In this document: positions 7,621-17,849 of the stretch, one piece after another
How the letters are laid out: every line of letters starts with the position of its first letter
Position numbering within the stretch: the first letter of the stretch is position 1
Assembly: GCA_964479755.1 (NCBI GenBank)
Contig: CAYZNI010000002.1
Coordinates: 5,633 to 69,632 of the forward strand
From: Candidatus Woesearchaeota archaeon
GTDB lineage: Archaea > Nanobdellota > Nanobdellia > Pacearchaeales > GW2011-AR1
Direction of reading: 5' to 3'
DNA: 64,000 bases
Program-made: the position numbers and the translations under genes
Notes under the pieces: model-generated
Database searches by the model: none
What the model was told of the DNA's origin: nothing
The model's input: the letters and a program-made list of their open reading frames with translations, nothing else

Positions 7621-8022
7621 TTAAGTCTGTCCTTCAGTCCTATTCTTATATCTCAAAGCTGAAGACAGGTCAATAATATATTTTCCATCTTCAAGCTTAT
7701 AGACTCTCGGTTTATTCACGGCAAATAAGTTCTGTAGGTCAATTGCATATTTGCCTGATTGAATAACCTTTATGCTCTCAAAATCCAAAAACACAGGAGC
7801 TTCTTCATCTTCCATGCCCACAATCTCCCTGATCTCTTTTTCAACCTTATCTTTATCCTCAGGGCTTAGTTCAGTATTATTTAGCTGTTCCTGTTTAACT
7901 TTTTGCAGTTGTTCTGCTTTCATATAGAAAAAAAACTTGCTCTTGCAGTTATCGCATCCCGTAAGCACTTGCGCAGAGCCATCTTCGTACACTTTTGAAC
8001 AATGAACGCATTTATAAGGCAT
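7621..8022 (-). CDS. Zn-ribbon protein of a conserved archaeal family (DUF2072-like)
   Basis: N-terminus MPYKCVHCSKVYEDGSAQVLTGCDNCKSKFF. First gene of a Zn-ribbon/unknown/GTPase trio. Confidence 0.5.
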   Translation of the reverse strand: MPYKCVHCSKVYEDGSAQVLTGCDNCKSKFFFYMKAEQLQKVKQEQLNNTELSPEDKDKVEKEIREIVGMEDEEAPVFLDFESIKVIQSGKYAIDLQNLFAVNKPRVYKLEDGKYIIDLSSALRYKNRTEGQT

Positions 8023-8054
8023 TGATTTTCTTATTCAAACAGATTAATAAACAT

Positions 8055-8450
8055 TTAGCCAAGCAAAACCTCAATCTTTCTTGGGTCTCTCTTTATCTCT
8101 TTTATTATTTTCGCAGGACCTATAACAGTCAGGGCGCTGTTGTCTCCAACAAGTCTTTTGGCAATTCCATACCTCATTTTGATAAAAACGTTCTCTTCTT
8201 TTAAGTTCGGCTCAATTACTGCAAGTTCAATTCCCGTAAAGCCTTTAACATGGTCCACCATCGCCATCGTATCCTCAATTAATCTAGCTTCTTCTTCAGC
8301 CCTTAGTCTCCCGTGCAAAATAACAATCTTGTTTGCCAATATTAACGCCAGAATTTTCTTGACTCTCTGCGCGATTCCCAAATCTCGGACTTCCGAATAC
8401 GGAATCACCTGCAGGCTAAGCCCTTTAAGTTTCTTCAATTTCTTTATCAT
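8055..8450 (-). CDS. conserved archaeal protein of unknown function (DUF2073-like), encoded between the Zn-ribbon protein and the GTPase
   Basis: 131 aa. Its start is 1 nt from the GTPase stop. The family assignment is from memory only. Confidence 0.35.
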   Translation of the reverse strand: MIKKLKKLKGLSLQVIPYSEVRDLGIAQRVKKILALILANKIVILHGRLRAEEEARLIEDTMAMVDHVKGFTGIELAVIEPNLKEENVFIKMRYGIAKRLVGDNSALTVIGPAKIIKEIKRDPRKIEVLLG

Positions 8451-8451
8451 G

Positions 8452-9090
8452 TTATATCTTTTTTGAAAGTTGGAATAAGGATTCGTAAAACTCGTCCATG
8501 CCTATTCCCTCTCGTGCCGAAATACCCACGACTTCATAGTCCGGGAAAGCTCCCTGAACTTTCTTAATTTCTGATTTTTTTAAATCTATTTTATTTGCTA
8601 CTATAAGTAAAGGAATTTTTCGGGCCACAAGGTTCCCAAGAATAGTAATATTGACTTGAGAGTACGGATTCTCGCTTGCATCCAATACGACAATAACTGC
8701 ATCAACATCGTCAAGCCATTGAATTGCTTCAATAATTCCCTGCGTCGCCTCTTTTGCTCTCTTCTTGGCTATGTTCTTCTTCATTCCAAACTTCAGGAAG
8801 TTTTCATAGTCAATTTTTGTTGCAATTCCCGGCGTGTCAACAATCTTAAAAGTTAAAGTTTTGCCTTTGTATTTAATGTTTACTTCTTCTTTCACCTGAA
8901 CTTTTCTAGTTTCGTGCGGAATTGAGCTTACAGTTCCAATTTCTTCTCCCGTCCAGTCCTTGCAAATTCTGTTCGCCAGGCTAGTCTTGCCCGCATTCGG
9001 CGGCCCGTAGAATCCAATCTTGAGCGCTTTTCGCCTTCTAAAAATCCCGCTTATTACTCTTAGAGAAAACCTCTTTAGCACCTTGAACAT
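8452..9090 (-). CDS. small P-loop GTPase (HSR1/MMR-type)
   Basis: G1 GPPNAGKTS, G3 DTPG, G4 NKID motifs. Confidence 0.7.
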   Translation of the reverse strand: MFKVLKRFSLRVISGIFRRRKALKIGFYGPPNAGKTSLANRICKDWTGEEIGTVSSIPHETRKVQVKEEVNIKYKGKTLTFKIVDTPGIATKIDYENFLKFGMKKNIAKKRAKEATQGIIEAIQWLDDVDAVIVVLDASENPYSQVNITILGNLVARKIPLLIVANKIDLKKSEIKKVQGAFPDYEVVGISAREGIGMDEFYESLFQLSKKI

Positions 9091-9098
9091 TTTACTTC

Positions 9099-11837
9099 TT
9101 AGAATGGTCTTTTAATAAATCTTGCGTCTGGCGGAGCTCCCTGCCTCCTTTGTATTTCCTTCCTGACTTTCTTGTTCTCAATGAACTTGAATATGGGAAT
9201 TTCAAACATTCCAGTGCGTTTGCCGTCAATCTTGTTGAACGCATAAATTATCTGCTCGCCTTTCCATTTGTTAATCTTTAGCTTGTCTTTAATCATATCA
9301 TCCCTTAGACCAGCCCTTCTTGAGTTGTAAATAAAATTTATTAAATTGTACAAATCCCCCGGATTCTTGAACAAATGTTTCTCATAATTATTCTTATACC
9401 ACCAGTACAGCAAGACGTAAATCACAAAGATGAAAAATAGCAAAATAACCATCATCATCAAAAAGAACTTCCAAGGAAATGCTTTATTCTCGGACAAAAT
9501 TGGCCCTAATTCTTGAATGCGCAAGTCAGAAATTGCAGGCGAAATATAAATCCCGAGCTCCTCCACTTTTGGAGGCGCTCTGCCGTATATTATGAACTCA
9601 TAGACTGATTCACTGCCTTCAATTTTCTTGTAAGAGCCTGAAAAATTGTTTATGCTTCTAAAATCATCTGCAGGGTTGAAAACAATACTGCTGGCAGGAT
9701 AGCCAATAATTAGGTATGAATTTTCCTCAACCTGTTTTCTGGCGTGGACTGCGACCTTGTATCTCCTTAAAAATGACCCTTCCTCTCCGCTAACTCTCGC
9801 GCTTATCGTCTCAGAGCTCAAGTCGAACCTGTAGTTCTCGTTAAACCAGCCTAGTATCGCATTTTTTGCCGCGTTAGAATCACTGATTCTTTCTTCACCG
9901 ATTGCAGCAGCCAATGAAGGATCCATCCTATCAAAACCTAGTTCTCCCGGAAGTGCAGTTACTCTGTCAGTTGCATAAATCCTGTCTGGCAGCTGAATTA
10001 CAAGCAACCTGTTTATCAAATTAACATATTCGCTCTCATTCGCTTCTGAAGTAAGTGAATTATATCTTGTTTTTATGGCACTAATGTTTTCTTCATTTCC
10101 GCTCAATCCAACGGTTTTAGATATATGAGTTTTCATCCACTCTGGAAATTGATTCAAATCTGCCTTCAAGTCGGAAACTTTTCCAAGATAATTGTTTATC
10201 AGGACTCCTAATGAGGCTTTTGGGTCGCCAACTGCAACCTTGAATCTTCTTGCAGAGGTTTCTCCTTTGGTGTTAGTTACCTCCACCCGAATATCATAAA
10301 TTCCTTCTTCCAGATACATGTGATTTGCAGTGAGTGTCGGAGAGTTTATTATTTGGCTGTTATCTCCAAAATTCCAAGTGCTAGAGGTTCCATTTACGAC
10401 ATTGTTTGCAGAGAAAACAGTCTCTCTGCCAATCAATGAAAATTTGGGGGAAATATCAAATCTAAATCCAACTCTCACATTAATCGCTTCTTCAAGCACT
10501 TTAGAGCCATCAAAGAAAATTGCAAAATTTCTGCTGCCATTTACATCAGGAGTGTTAAAGCCCATTTTCTCAATATTTATCAATTTGTATGGAGAATTGA
10601 CAAGAAAATCCATAGGCACCAGGGAATAGAATAAGTTATTATCACTCACAGTTCCAGCGTTTGTATCATATCTAAGCTGTGCTCCAAAAAAGTTAACTCT
10701 TTGGTTAGCTCCTGAAACATTTAAATCTCCTCTCCAAACTGAAAAAGGAATAATGCAGCCGTCACTGCAGTTTCTGTTGTAGCTCTTGTTGATATAACTG
10801 TCAACTGCAGTTTTTAGTTCAAAGCCATTAATATCTCTGAAAATTTCTGAAAACTTTATGCTGTCAATAGTATCATATTTCAATGGTTGGGCAAACAAGT
10901 CGTAATCATTTCCGTTCATACTAATATGATTGGACAACCATCTGCCCCCGCACGAGTTGCTGTCCGATTCAAATTTAATTTTAAAAACTCTTGAGCCTGC
11001 ACTGCCGGCAGCCGGAGCATATGATCTTGCGCAAATAAAAGCCTCGGTTGTGTTAGTTACCCCGCAAGGTATGATATTGCTGGCTATTTCAGACTGGGGG
11101 GAGAACCCAATTGAACTTTTTTCAGCGTCGCCGCAAAGAAACCCGCCGTTCAAATTATACAAAAATAACCCTAAGTTTAGGTTTCCTTCTCCTTCAATTT
11201 TGATATTCGCTCCGACTTTAAATGCAGGCGCAGGAGGCAAAATTACTTTCTCGCACAAGAGTCCGTCTGTCAAATCCACATAACCAGTTCCAGTGTTGCT
11301 AAAGCATCCGGTAATAGGCTCTCCGCAGTTTTCATTCAAGTATTTTCTGTTGTAAAAATCAATTTTTCCATCGTCAAAAAAATCTATATAAAACTGGTTT
11401 TTGCATCCCGGAGAGGTGCTGCTTGAAAGATTAAAATCAATAATATTGTTTGTTGTGGACCCGAATCCTGCACCCCTTCCCACAATCTTTAAACCAAGAA
11501 ATCTCTTTTGGGCTAGGTCCACTTGCTTTGATAAATCTCCAAATGGGCTGGTAGCTCTGTATCTTGTTCCGCAGTCCAAAGGTTCGCAAGTGTAATCAAT
11601 TCCCCTAACTAATCCAGAGGTGTTTAGCGCATCAAGCAATTTAACTTTTCCATCTAATGTGCTGCTAAACAGCGAGTTAACATTTTGGCTTGAGAAACTC
11701 ATATTCAGCGTTCCCTTTATCACTTCACCGCCGTTGTAGTCTTTTATGATTGCAGAACCGTTTCCAACATAAAAGCTCGCGCTCCCAATTCCAGATAGTA
11801 ATATCAAAGCAATTATGAATAATACTTTCTCTTTCAT
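9099..11837 (-). CDS. large surface protein with signal peptide, PKD domain, C-terminal TM anchor and ~100-aa cytoplasmic tail
   Basis: Signal peptide MKEKVLFIIALILLSGIGSA. PKD-like WNFGDNS…GIYDIRVEVTNTKGE. TM helix FFLMMMVILLFFIFVIYVLLYWWY near the C-terminus. Confidence 0.6.
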   Translation of the reverse strand: MKEKVLFIIALILLSGIGSASFYVGNGSAIIKDYNGGEVIKGTLNMSFSSQNVNSLFSSTLDGKVKLLDALNTSGLVRGIDYTCEPLDCGTRYRATSPFGDLSKQVDLAQKRFLGLKIVGRGAGFGSTTNNIIDFNLSSSTSPGCKNQFYIDFFDDGKIDFYNRKYLNENCGEPITGCFSNTGTGYVDLTDGLLCEKVILPPAPAFKVGANIKIEGEGNLNLGLFLYNLNGGFLCGDAEKSSIGFSPQSEIASNIIPCGVTNTTEAFICARSYAPAAGSAGSRVFKIKFESDSNSCGGRWLSNHISMNGNDYDLFAQPLKYDTIDSIKFSEIFRDINGFELKTAVDSYINKSYNRNCSDGCIIPFSVWRGDLNVSGANQRVNFFGAQLRYDTNAGTVSDNNLFYSLVPMDFLVNSPYKLINIEKMGFNTPDVNGSRNFAIFFDGSKVLEEAINVRVGFRFDISPKFSLIGRETVFSANNVVNGTSSTWNFGDNSQIINSPTLTANHMYLEEGIYDIRVEVTNTKGETSARRFKVAVGDPKASLGVLINNYLGKVSDLKADLNQFPEWMKTHISKTVGLSGNEENISAIKTRYNSLTSEANESEYVNLINRLLVIQLPDRIYATDRVTALPGELGFDRMDPSLAAAIGEERISDSNAAKNAILGWFNENYRFDLSSETISARVSGEEGSFLRRYKVAVHARKQVEENSYLIIGYPASSIVFNPADDFRSINNFSGSYKKIEGSESVYEFIIYGRAPPKVEELGIYISPAISDLRIQELGPILSENKAFPWKFFLMMMVILLFFIFVIYVLLYWWYKNNYEKHLFKNPGDLYNLINFIYNSRRAGLRDDMIKDKLKINKWKGEQIIYAFNKIDGKRTGMFEIPIFKFIENKKVRKEIQRRQGAPPDARFIKRPF

Positions 11838-13180
11838 TTTTTTCTTATGTAAAAAGCTAAATAAGCCGCACCAATCAGTGCAAATGCCAAGCTGAAATTC
11901 CTCCAGTCAAAAAATGGAAGTTGCACAACCTTAGGGCAGGGCACAGTTCTCTGGCATCCCCATGGCGGACTGCAGGTCTCTTCCAAACAGCTGTCTGTTA
12001 CGTTTATTGTTTTAAAGTCCTGACCAGGTGCACATTCACTATCTGAGCCTGGAACAACGGCTATAGTGCAAAGCGTATTTGAAGTTGAATAATACTGCAA
12101 ATTGCAAAAAGTGCCGTTCCAACTGCATCTAAGATCGTAAGCATCCTGAGGAGCCGTTTCTCCAAGATTTGCCTGAGAAATATAAGCATGGCACATATTG
12201 CACATATACTCTTTGAATCCTGTTAAATTATGATCGGAAGCACTAAATCCTGGAAAGTCTGGGTCTACTTCATTGATGTTATTAAAGTCATTGCACGTGG
12301 CCGGTGCCGTAAGAGTTCCGCTTATATTAAGTGTAAGCGTGCCAGAACTTTGGCTATTGGAGTAAGCCAAGCAAGCACTTGTCGCAGGACAGCCGCTTCC
12401 GATACATCCGCCTGTGGGCCTGCAGCTAGTGTAATCTATTTGGCATTCCAGGGCGTGTCCTGGAGCATAACACCTGGTACTGCCTTCAGTATTGCCATTA
12501 GGATTATTTGAGCAGCTTAAAGTGTTTCCATCACACTCTTCTCCCGCATCTAGGTATCCATTACCGCAATGAGCAATTGTTGGAAGAGATTGAAAATTCC
12601 TGCTCGCACAGCACAAAGCCAACTTATAATGATCAGAGTAATTAGTTGGCGCTGGATATGCAGTCACATGCGAATTGAAAGAAGAATTCAATAACGCAAT
12701 AATTTTTCCGGAGTGTTTCAAGTCTCCAAACGGATTGAATGGAACGCTGTTGGCAACATTTTCGCAATTAGCTAACGTTTTTACACTGCAAGCCAGATCG
12801 CCATAAGCCACAGTAGTGTTATAAAAGTCCATTACTGCCGGAATCCCGCTCCCATTGGCAATCGCAGCGTGGGAATTGCTCTCGCCGTGTATCCTCATTA
12901 TTACATTTGAACTATAAATATTGTTTTTCCTCAAATTTGCAAATCCTCCAACTGTACTGAATATCTCTTCTTCAGTTCGTCCAGTCATATTGAAAAAATC
13001 GTTGAAGCAAACCCTATTGGTGTATGAAGAGTTCCATAGACCTACGTGAGAATTATTTAGAGCCGCCATTTTGAAAAATGTCAAATTGTCATTGCAACTT
13101 CCTGTGGCTTGTGAGCTGACTCCTGAAAGGAGCAAGAAAATAGCAACCAGGAAAAAAAATACTGCGTTAATCCACCCCAT
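11834..13180 (-). CDS. Cys-rich secreted surface protein with C-terminal TM anchor
   Basis: Signal peptide, >40 Cys, C-terminal FSLAFALIGAAYLAFYIRKK. Overlaps the upstream gene by 4 nt. Confidence 0.5.
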   Translation of the reverse strand: MGWINAVFFFLVAIFLLLSGVSSQATGSCNDNLTFFKMAALNNSHVGLWNSSYTNRVCFNDFFNMTGRTEEEIFSTVGGFANLRKNNIYSSNVIMRIHGESNSHAAIANGSGIPAVMDFYNTTVAYGDLACSVKTLANCENVANSVPFNPFGDLKHSGKIIALLNSSFNSHVTAYPAPTNYSDHYKLALCCASRNFQSLPTIAHCGNGYLDAGEECDGNTLSCSNNPNGNTEGSTRCYAPGHALECQIDYTSCRPTGGCIGSGCPATSACLAYSNSQSSGTLTLNISGTLTAPATCNDFNNINEVDPDFPGFSASDHNLTGFKEYMCNMCHAYISQANLGETAPQDAYDLRCSWNGTFCNLQYYSTSNTLCTIAVVPGSDSECAPGQDFKTINVTDSCLEETCSPPWGCQRTVPCPKVVQLPFFDWRNFSLAFALIGAAYLAFYIRKK

Positions 13181-13336
13181 ATTTTACCGAGTAAAAAGAA
13201 CTTTATAAACTTTTCAATTTAGCTCGGAAATAAACTGTTTTCGTGAAAGACCAATTTAAATTTTTCAAACATGCCTTTAAAAAATATTCCAAAGAGATTT
13301 TTTTTCGAAAATTTCTAAAATTTTTTTCAAAAATAT

Positions 13337-13747
13337 CTATAAGCCCCAAATGAATAATTTTACGATTTTCGGCGCAAATCCTTGAGATGTTCTATTAGTT
13401 GAAATTACTCTTTCCGCAGCATAAATCTCCACTGAGCCTGCAGGATAGACTCTCAGGCCGCAAGGCATATTAATTTCACAAACCCTAACAGAAAAATTCA
13501 GGGCAGGATTGTTTATTTTTCCTCGGACAAAGCTCTCCAGATCGTTTTCAACTCCTGGGGAATTCGCAAGCACCTTTCCTCTTAAATCTTCGTTTTTTGC
13601 TGCTTCATCAAGTAGAATCTTAGCTTCAGATTCAAAGCTAACTTTGCCAGTTTCAGTGTGCTTGGAAAGCAATATCAAAAATACTATTACAATCACAGCG
13701 CTTAAAAGCGCTTCAGCAATTCTCAAAAAACCTCCTTTCCCTACCAT
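13337..13747 (-). CDS. pilin-like protein (type IV pilin-like N-terminus)
   Basis: KGGFLRIAEALLSAVIVIVFLILL: short basic leader then Gly, a hydrophobic helix and an Glu in the first residues. Confidence 0.4.
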   Translation of the reverse strand: MVGKGGFLRIAEALLSAVIVIVFLILLSKHTETGKVSFESEAKILLDEAAKNEDLRGKVLANSPGVENDLESFVRGKINNPALNFSVRVCEINMPCGLRVYPAGSVEIYAAERVISTNRTSQGFAPKIVKLFIWGL

Positions 13748-14451
13748 ATTTCAACCTTCAGGTCAGCAAATACAATCTCACCTGTTTCTCTTATTACCTC
13801 GACTCTCTTATTATTTATGAAAACCTCAAGTTCCTTTGGTATTTCCCTTTCTGATTTAATAGTGCTGCCATCAGAAAAGTTAAATGCAAAACCAAAATTA
13901 ACCCTATTCGGTATGTTGAATTGCTTTTTCAGCTGCGAATAATTATTATAATAAGTCTGGTTCAGGATAATTATGCGTTTTTCAGAAATAACTTTCTTCT
14001 TCAAAGAAGAGGAAGCGATGTAATAGCTTTCATTTATTGTTCCTGTAGGTGAATTTTCATCCTCAAATTCATCTGCTAAAACAACTTGCAAAGAATTGAT
14101 CCCGCTCCAAGAACCGGAGCTGACATAAACTACCTCGTCTGTTTTTTTGCTGGTTAATCTTGTAGTGTTCTCCTTGAACACCCTGGACCTTGAAACTAAT
14201 CCGCTGCCGGTTAGGTTCAGTCCAATTATTGTTGTTCCTTCAGGAATATTTTCGGGGTTTATTTTCACCGAATAAATCAATATACGAACGCTCGCGTTTT
14301 CATCAATTTCTCTGAACAGATATTCAAAAGAGCTGTCTACAATCCTTGTGCTGTCACCTGGTCTGAAAAAATAAAGCGCAAAACCTATCGCTGCTACAAA
14401 AATCACAAACGACAGCATCATTTCAATATGCGACGCGCCTCTTTTTTTCAC
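13741..14451 (-). CDS. archaeal type IV pilin-like protein (class III signal peptide); GTG start
   Basis: The KKRG|ASHIEMMLSFVIFVAAIGFALYFF segment has G at -1 and E at +5. Confidence 0.5.
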   Translation of the reverse strand: MKKRGASHIEMMLSFVIFVAAIGFALYFFRPGDSTRIVDSSFEYLFREIDENASVRILIYSVKINPENIPEGTTIIGLNLTGSGLVSRSRVFKENTTRLTSKKTDEVVYVSSGSWSGINSLQVVLADEFEDENSPTGTINESYYIASSSLKKKVISEKRIIILNQTYYNNYSQLKKQFNIPNRVNFGFAFNFSDGSTIKSEREIPKELEVFINNKRVEVIRETGEIVFADLKVEIW

Positions 14452-14501
14452 TTATAAAAATGCCTAATTACGTTTAAATACATACCTGCGTCTTTTGCTA
14501 A

Positions 14502-15266
14502 ATGAACGAGTCAACAAAGATAGCCCTAGTGAAAAAAATAAAGGAAAAGCCCGAACTCTCTGGAATAGGCGATTCAGTGGTCTTGGATAACCTTGAACAA
14601 ACCTTAAGAAAATACCCAAATTCAATAACAGAGTCCGATTTTAAGCTCTTGATTTCAGAAACCCGCAGTCTTCTTAGAAAAATTTCAGGAAGATTCCAAA
14701 AAACTTCGAAAAAGAAATTCCCAACAGAAAATTATAAAGACCTCTTACAAACTCACTCTTCAACATCAGAAAGGCTGGCTTTCTATCCAGAATTAAAAAG
14801 GTTAATTTCTTCGCTCAACGCAAGCACAATTTTAGACCTTGGTTGCGGACTGAATCCCCTGGCTCTGGCATCAAAAGAATTCAAGTATTTCGCGTGCGAC
14901 ATAAAGCAAGACGAATTGGAAATCTTAAATGATTTTTTCAAGAAAAATAATGTCCGAGGCGATGTTTTCTTTTATGATCTTAGAAAAATCTCTTCAGGTT
15001 TGCCAAGAGCAGACGTTTGCCTAATCTTCAAGGTCTTGGATATTCTGGGGAAAAACAATCATCTCCTGGCAAGAAAAATACTTCAGGAAGTCAAATGCAG
15101 AACTTTTTTAGTAAGCTTCTCAACAAAAAAACTTTCTGGAAAGCCGATGCGTTTTCCTGAAAGAAAATGGTTCGAGAGAATTTTGTCAGATCTCTCCTTG
15201 CCTTTCAAAAAGATTTACTCTGAAAATGAAGTTTTTTATCTAATTTCTTCTTCTACCAAGCTTTAA
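14502..15266 (+). CDS. class I SAM-dependent methyltransferase (FmrO/Rmt-like fold)
   Basis: Motif I ILDLGCGLNPLAL followed by YFACDI. Confidence 0.45.
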   Translation: MNESTKIALVKKIKEKPELSGIGDSVVLDNLEQTLRKYPNSITESDFKLLISETRSLLRKISGRFQKTSKKKFPTENYKDLLQTHSSTSERLAFYPELKRLISSLNASTILDLGCGLNPLALASKEFKYFACDIKQDELEILNDFFKKNNVRGDVFFYDLRKISSGLPRADVCLIFKVLDILGKNNHLLARKILQEVKCRTFLVSFSTKKLSGKPMRFPERKWFERILSDLSLPFKKIYSENEVFYLISSSTKL

Positions 15267-15368
15267 CCTTTATCGCAAATAAAATACTTTTCAAATACTC
15301 TTTCTTGAATTATGAATAATTTCGCAGGTGCATTATTTATTCTTCTGGTTCTGGATAGTAATAATTCT

Positions 15369-16235
15369 CTAGGGTGCGGTAAAGAATAATCTTGCTCCTC
15401 CGGAAACCAAAAATGAGAGCGTCACTAGAATCAGGGAGTGTTTCAGCCCTCTTCTTGCAGAGCCTTCAGAAATTTTTCCAATCACCAGCCCCATGAAAAA
15501 TCCCTGCGCAATAAGCAAATAAAGTAATGGTTTGGAAAAGTCAGCAACTTCTGCAATAGCTTCTCCCGCACCCTGCAGCGTGTCCACGTCAACCCTCAGC
15601 CCGCTTATTTTTCCGACATTTTCAATTCCAGAAGTCAGGGGCAGGATTTTTATTTGCATTATCAAGATTATTCCAATAAAAGTAAAAAATATGATATAAC
15701 CTTGAACAACAATATTGTAAATCGTAGATCGTCTCTCTTTCTTCAGCTTCTCAACCTCAGAAATAGATTTCGCGGTGGATTCAAGGATGTACTCTATTTC
15801 TCCTCCGGACCTTTCCGCCTCATTTATCAGCGCGGTCGCTCTTCTGATTAATGTGTTCTCACTGTCTCGCGCGAAAGTTTGAAGTGCCTTCTGCACCGAA
15901 ATGCCTATCTCAATTTGATTGGCGAGTTTCTTTACATGGCTATCTAAAACTCCATAGTTCTTGGACTTCATGTTAACAATTGCCTTACTCACCGGTGTTC
16001 CAGCTGAAACTGCTTCAGCCAGGTTTCTCGTGAACTCCAAAAACATACTGTTCATTTTCTGCTCTTTTTGATTTTCTAAGGATAAGCTTATTATGAAAGG
16101 TAGAGCAGAAGTCCCTATGCTAATTCCCATCATGAAAAGCAGTATTCTATCATTCTTGTAAAAGAAAATCAGATCAATTACTAATATGAAAATCGCTGCT
16201 CCAATGCCAAGCAAGTGCATTTTATTAAGTTTCAT
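15369..16235 (-). CDS. T2SS-F domain membrane protein (TadB/TadC-like pilus platform protein)
   Basis: 288 aa with 3-4 TM helices and a cytoplasmic helical domain between them. Adjacent to a second T2SS-F protein and the ATPase. Confidence 0.55.
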   Translation of the reverse strand: MKLNKMHLLGIGAAIFILVIDLIFFYKNDRILLFMMGISIGTSALPFIISLSLENQKEQKMNSMFLEFTRNLAEAVSAGTPVSKAIVNMKSKNYGVLDSHVKKLANQIEIGISVQKALQTFARDSENTLIRRATALINEAERSGGEIEYILESTAKSISEVEKLKKERRSTIYNIVVQGYIIFFTFIGIILIMQIKILPLTSGIENVGKISGLRVDVDTLQGAGEAIAEVADFSKPLLYLLIAQGFFMGLVIGKISEGSARRGLKHSLILVTLSFLVSGGARLFFTAP

Positions 16236-16236
16236 T

Positions 16237-17547
16237 TTAGTAAGGTGGCTGTTTTAGCTGCAGGAATATCAGGAAAAACAAGTTTAAAATGGCTATGCCA
16301 AACACAGACACAACGCTCAATTGCACAGAATTTAACCCAATCTCGATTCCTGAAATCACCATCAAGATCAACAGAAGTAAAAAAACCATCGGCGCTGCTA
16401 TCACGAGGCTTATGTAAATGTCAAGAAAAGTCTCCACAACCTTTGTGTACCTCTCTCTTTCAATCCTGTAATTCATAAGCAAAGTCTCTGCCCTTTTTTC
16501 GAAAAAGTCTTGCAAATCCGCACCCGAGGTTATTGTTGTGGCAATTCCAGAAAATAATTCTGCTAGTTGCTCGTTCGGAGAGGTTTTCGAAGCGTTAACA
16601 AGCGCAGTAACCAAGTCATATCCATAAAGGTTAATCTGATTTAAAACCTTCCTGATTTCTCTTTTCAGGTAAGGATATTCTTTTCCCAATCCGATAATTT
16701 TGAAGATTTCTGCCGGAGCAATCCCTGAGCCGGAGATGGCGCTCATATGAATTACCGCGAATGGCAGCTCTTGGTTAATTCTTCCCGAGATGGAGTTTTT
16801 TTCACTTGATGGATAAATATAGAATCCAGCCAAACTGACTGCAGCAAGCAATATTGGCAGGATTAATAGCTTCAATAATCTGGGCAAAATGTTTCCTTGG
16901 TAAATGCTGAAAAAAGGAAAGCTTAAGCTGAAGTCAAAAAATACAAAAAAGATTATCAGAAAAATGCCGGCAAAAAAGGAAAGCAGCATCGTGAACAGCA
17001 TCGTGGCAATGTAAGAGCTGAGCAAAATGTCAAAATTGGCCTTTTTCAAATTCAACTCAACACTTTTAAAATACTCTTTTTTTATCAGCTTGTTTGCATC
17101 TTCCAGGAAAAACTTATTTGCCATCTTCACGTACCCTCTCGAAACGGTGAACTCAGTCAGCTTGTCTCTCTCATCATAGCTGTCTGCTTTTTTTATCTGG
17201 CTTATGTATTTTTCGCTTATTGTTAGTTCTTTCAGGAACTTTTCTTTGTTTTTTTTGTCAAGAACAACTTCAAATGTAGAACTCGTGCCAGAATACTGGA
17301 CATTTTCCAAAGGTTCTAAATTTCTTTTTGTCTTGTCTCTTTGTATTTTTTTTAAAGATGCTCCCTCTTCAAGAATCCGGGAAATAGAAGAGTTGATTAT
17401 TTTTATTCCGGAGACCAGAGAGTTAATCGCGCCTGCGAAAATATTCCTCTCATAATCGCTCGCGTTTTCCATTCTTTTCGTATAAATGGAAATTTCTTTA
17501 AGCATCTGGATTTCAGTTTCAATGTTTTTTTTCAATTCCTCGTTCAT
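16237..17547 (-). CDS. T2SS-F domain membrane protein (TadC/FlaJ-like) with ~170-aa N-terminal soluble domain
   Basis: 436 aa. The TM-rich C-terminal half has the TadC/GspF arrangement. Its start overlaps the stop of the small upstream ORF. Confidence 0.5.
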   Translation of the reverse strand: MNEELKKNIETEIQMLKEISIYTKRMENASDYERNIFAGAINSLVSGIKIINSSISRILEEGASLKKIQRDKTKRNLEPLENVQYSGTSSTFEVVLDKKNKEKFLKELTISEKYISQIKKADSYDERDKLTEFTVSRGYVKMANKFFLEDANKLIKKEYFKSVELNLKKANFDILLSSYIATMLFTMLLSFFAGIFLIIFFVFFDFSLSFPFFSIYQGNILPRLLKLLILPILLAAVSLAGFYIYPSSEKNSISGRINQELPFAVIHMSAISGSGIAPAEIFKIIGLGKEYPYLKREIRKVLNQINLYGYDLVTALVNASKTSPNEQLAELFSGIATTITSGADLQDFFEKRAETLLMNYRIERERYTKVVETFLDIYISLVIAAPMVFLLLLILMVISGIEIGLNSVQLSVVSVFGIAILNLFFLIFLQLKQPPY

Positions 17548-17705
17548 AGCAAAGAATCCACTTTCTTCTGGAAATTAATTATCTCTTTTTTAATTATCAT
17601 TACTTTGTCATTGTCGTTTTCCTTTTGCGCCTTTTCAAGTTCGCTAACCGCATCTTTCATCGCAGTCAGCAGCTGCGCCAAAATTATCAGATTCTCTTTT
17701 TTCAT
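17544..17705 (-). CDS. small coiled-coil protein (53 aa), not in the ORF track
   Basis: ATG..TGA ORF MKKENLIILAQLLTAMKDAVSELEKAQKENDNDKVMIIKKEIINFQKKVDSLL. The TGA overlaps the ATG of the TadC-like gene (ATGA). A TATA-like atctataaac sits ~25 nt upstream. Confidence 0.3.
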   Translation of the reverse strand: MKKENLIILAQLLTAMKDAVSELEKAQKENDNDKVMIIKKEIINFQKKVDSLL

Positions 17706-17849
17706 ACTAAAACATATGAAAAATTGTTTATAGATATTTCCTTTAAAGCCCTAAGTCTAATTTTGTAATTATTGAAGAATTCAGCTTAAAATTATTCTTT
17801 AAATTTCATAAACCACATTGATATCATAAAGTCTTATGCTAAATATTAA

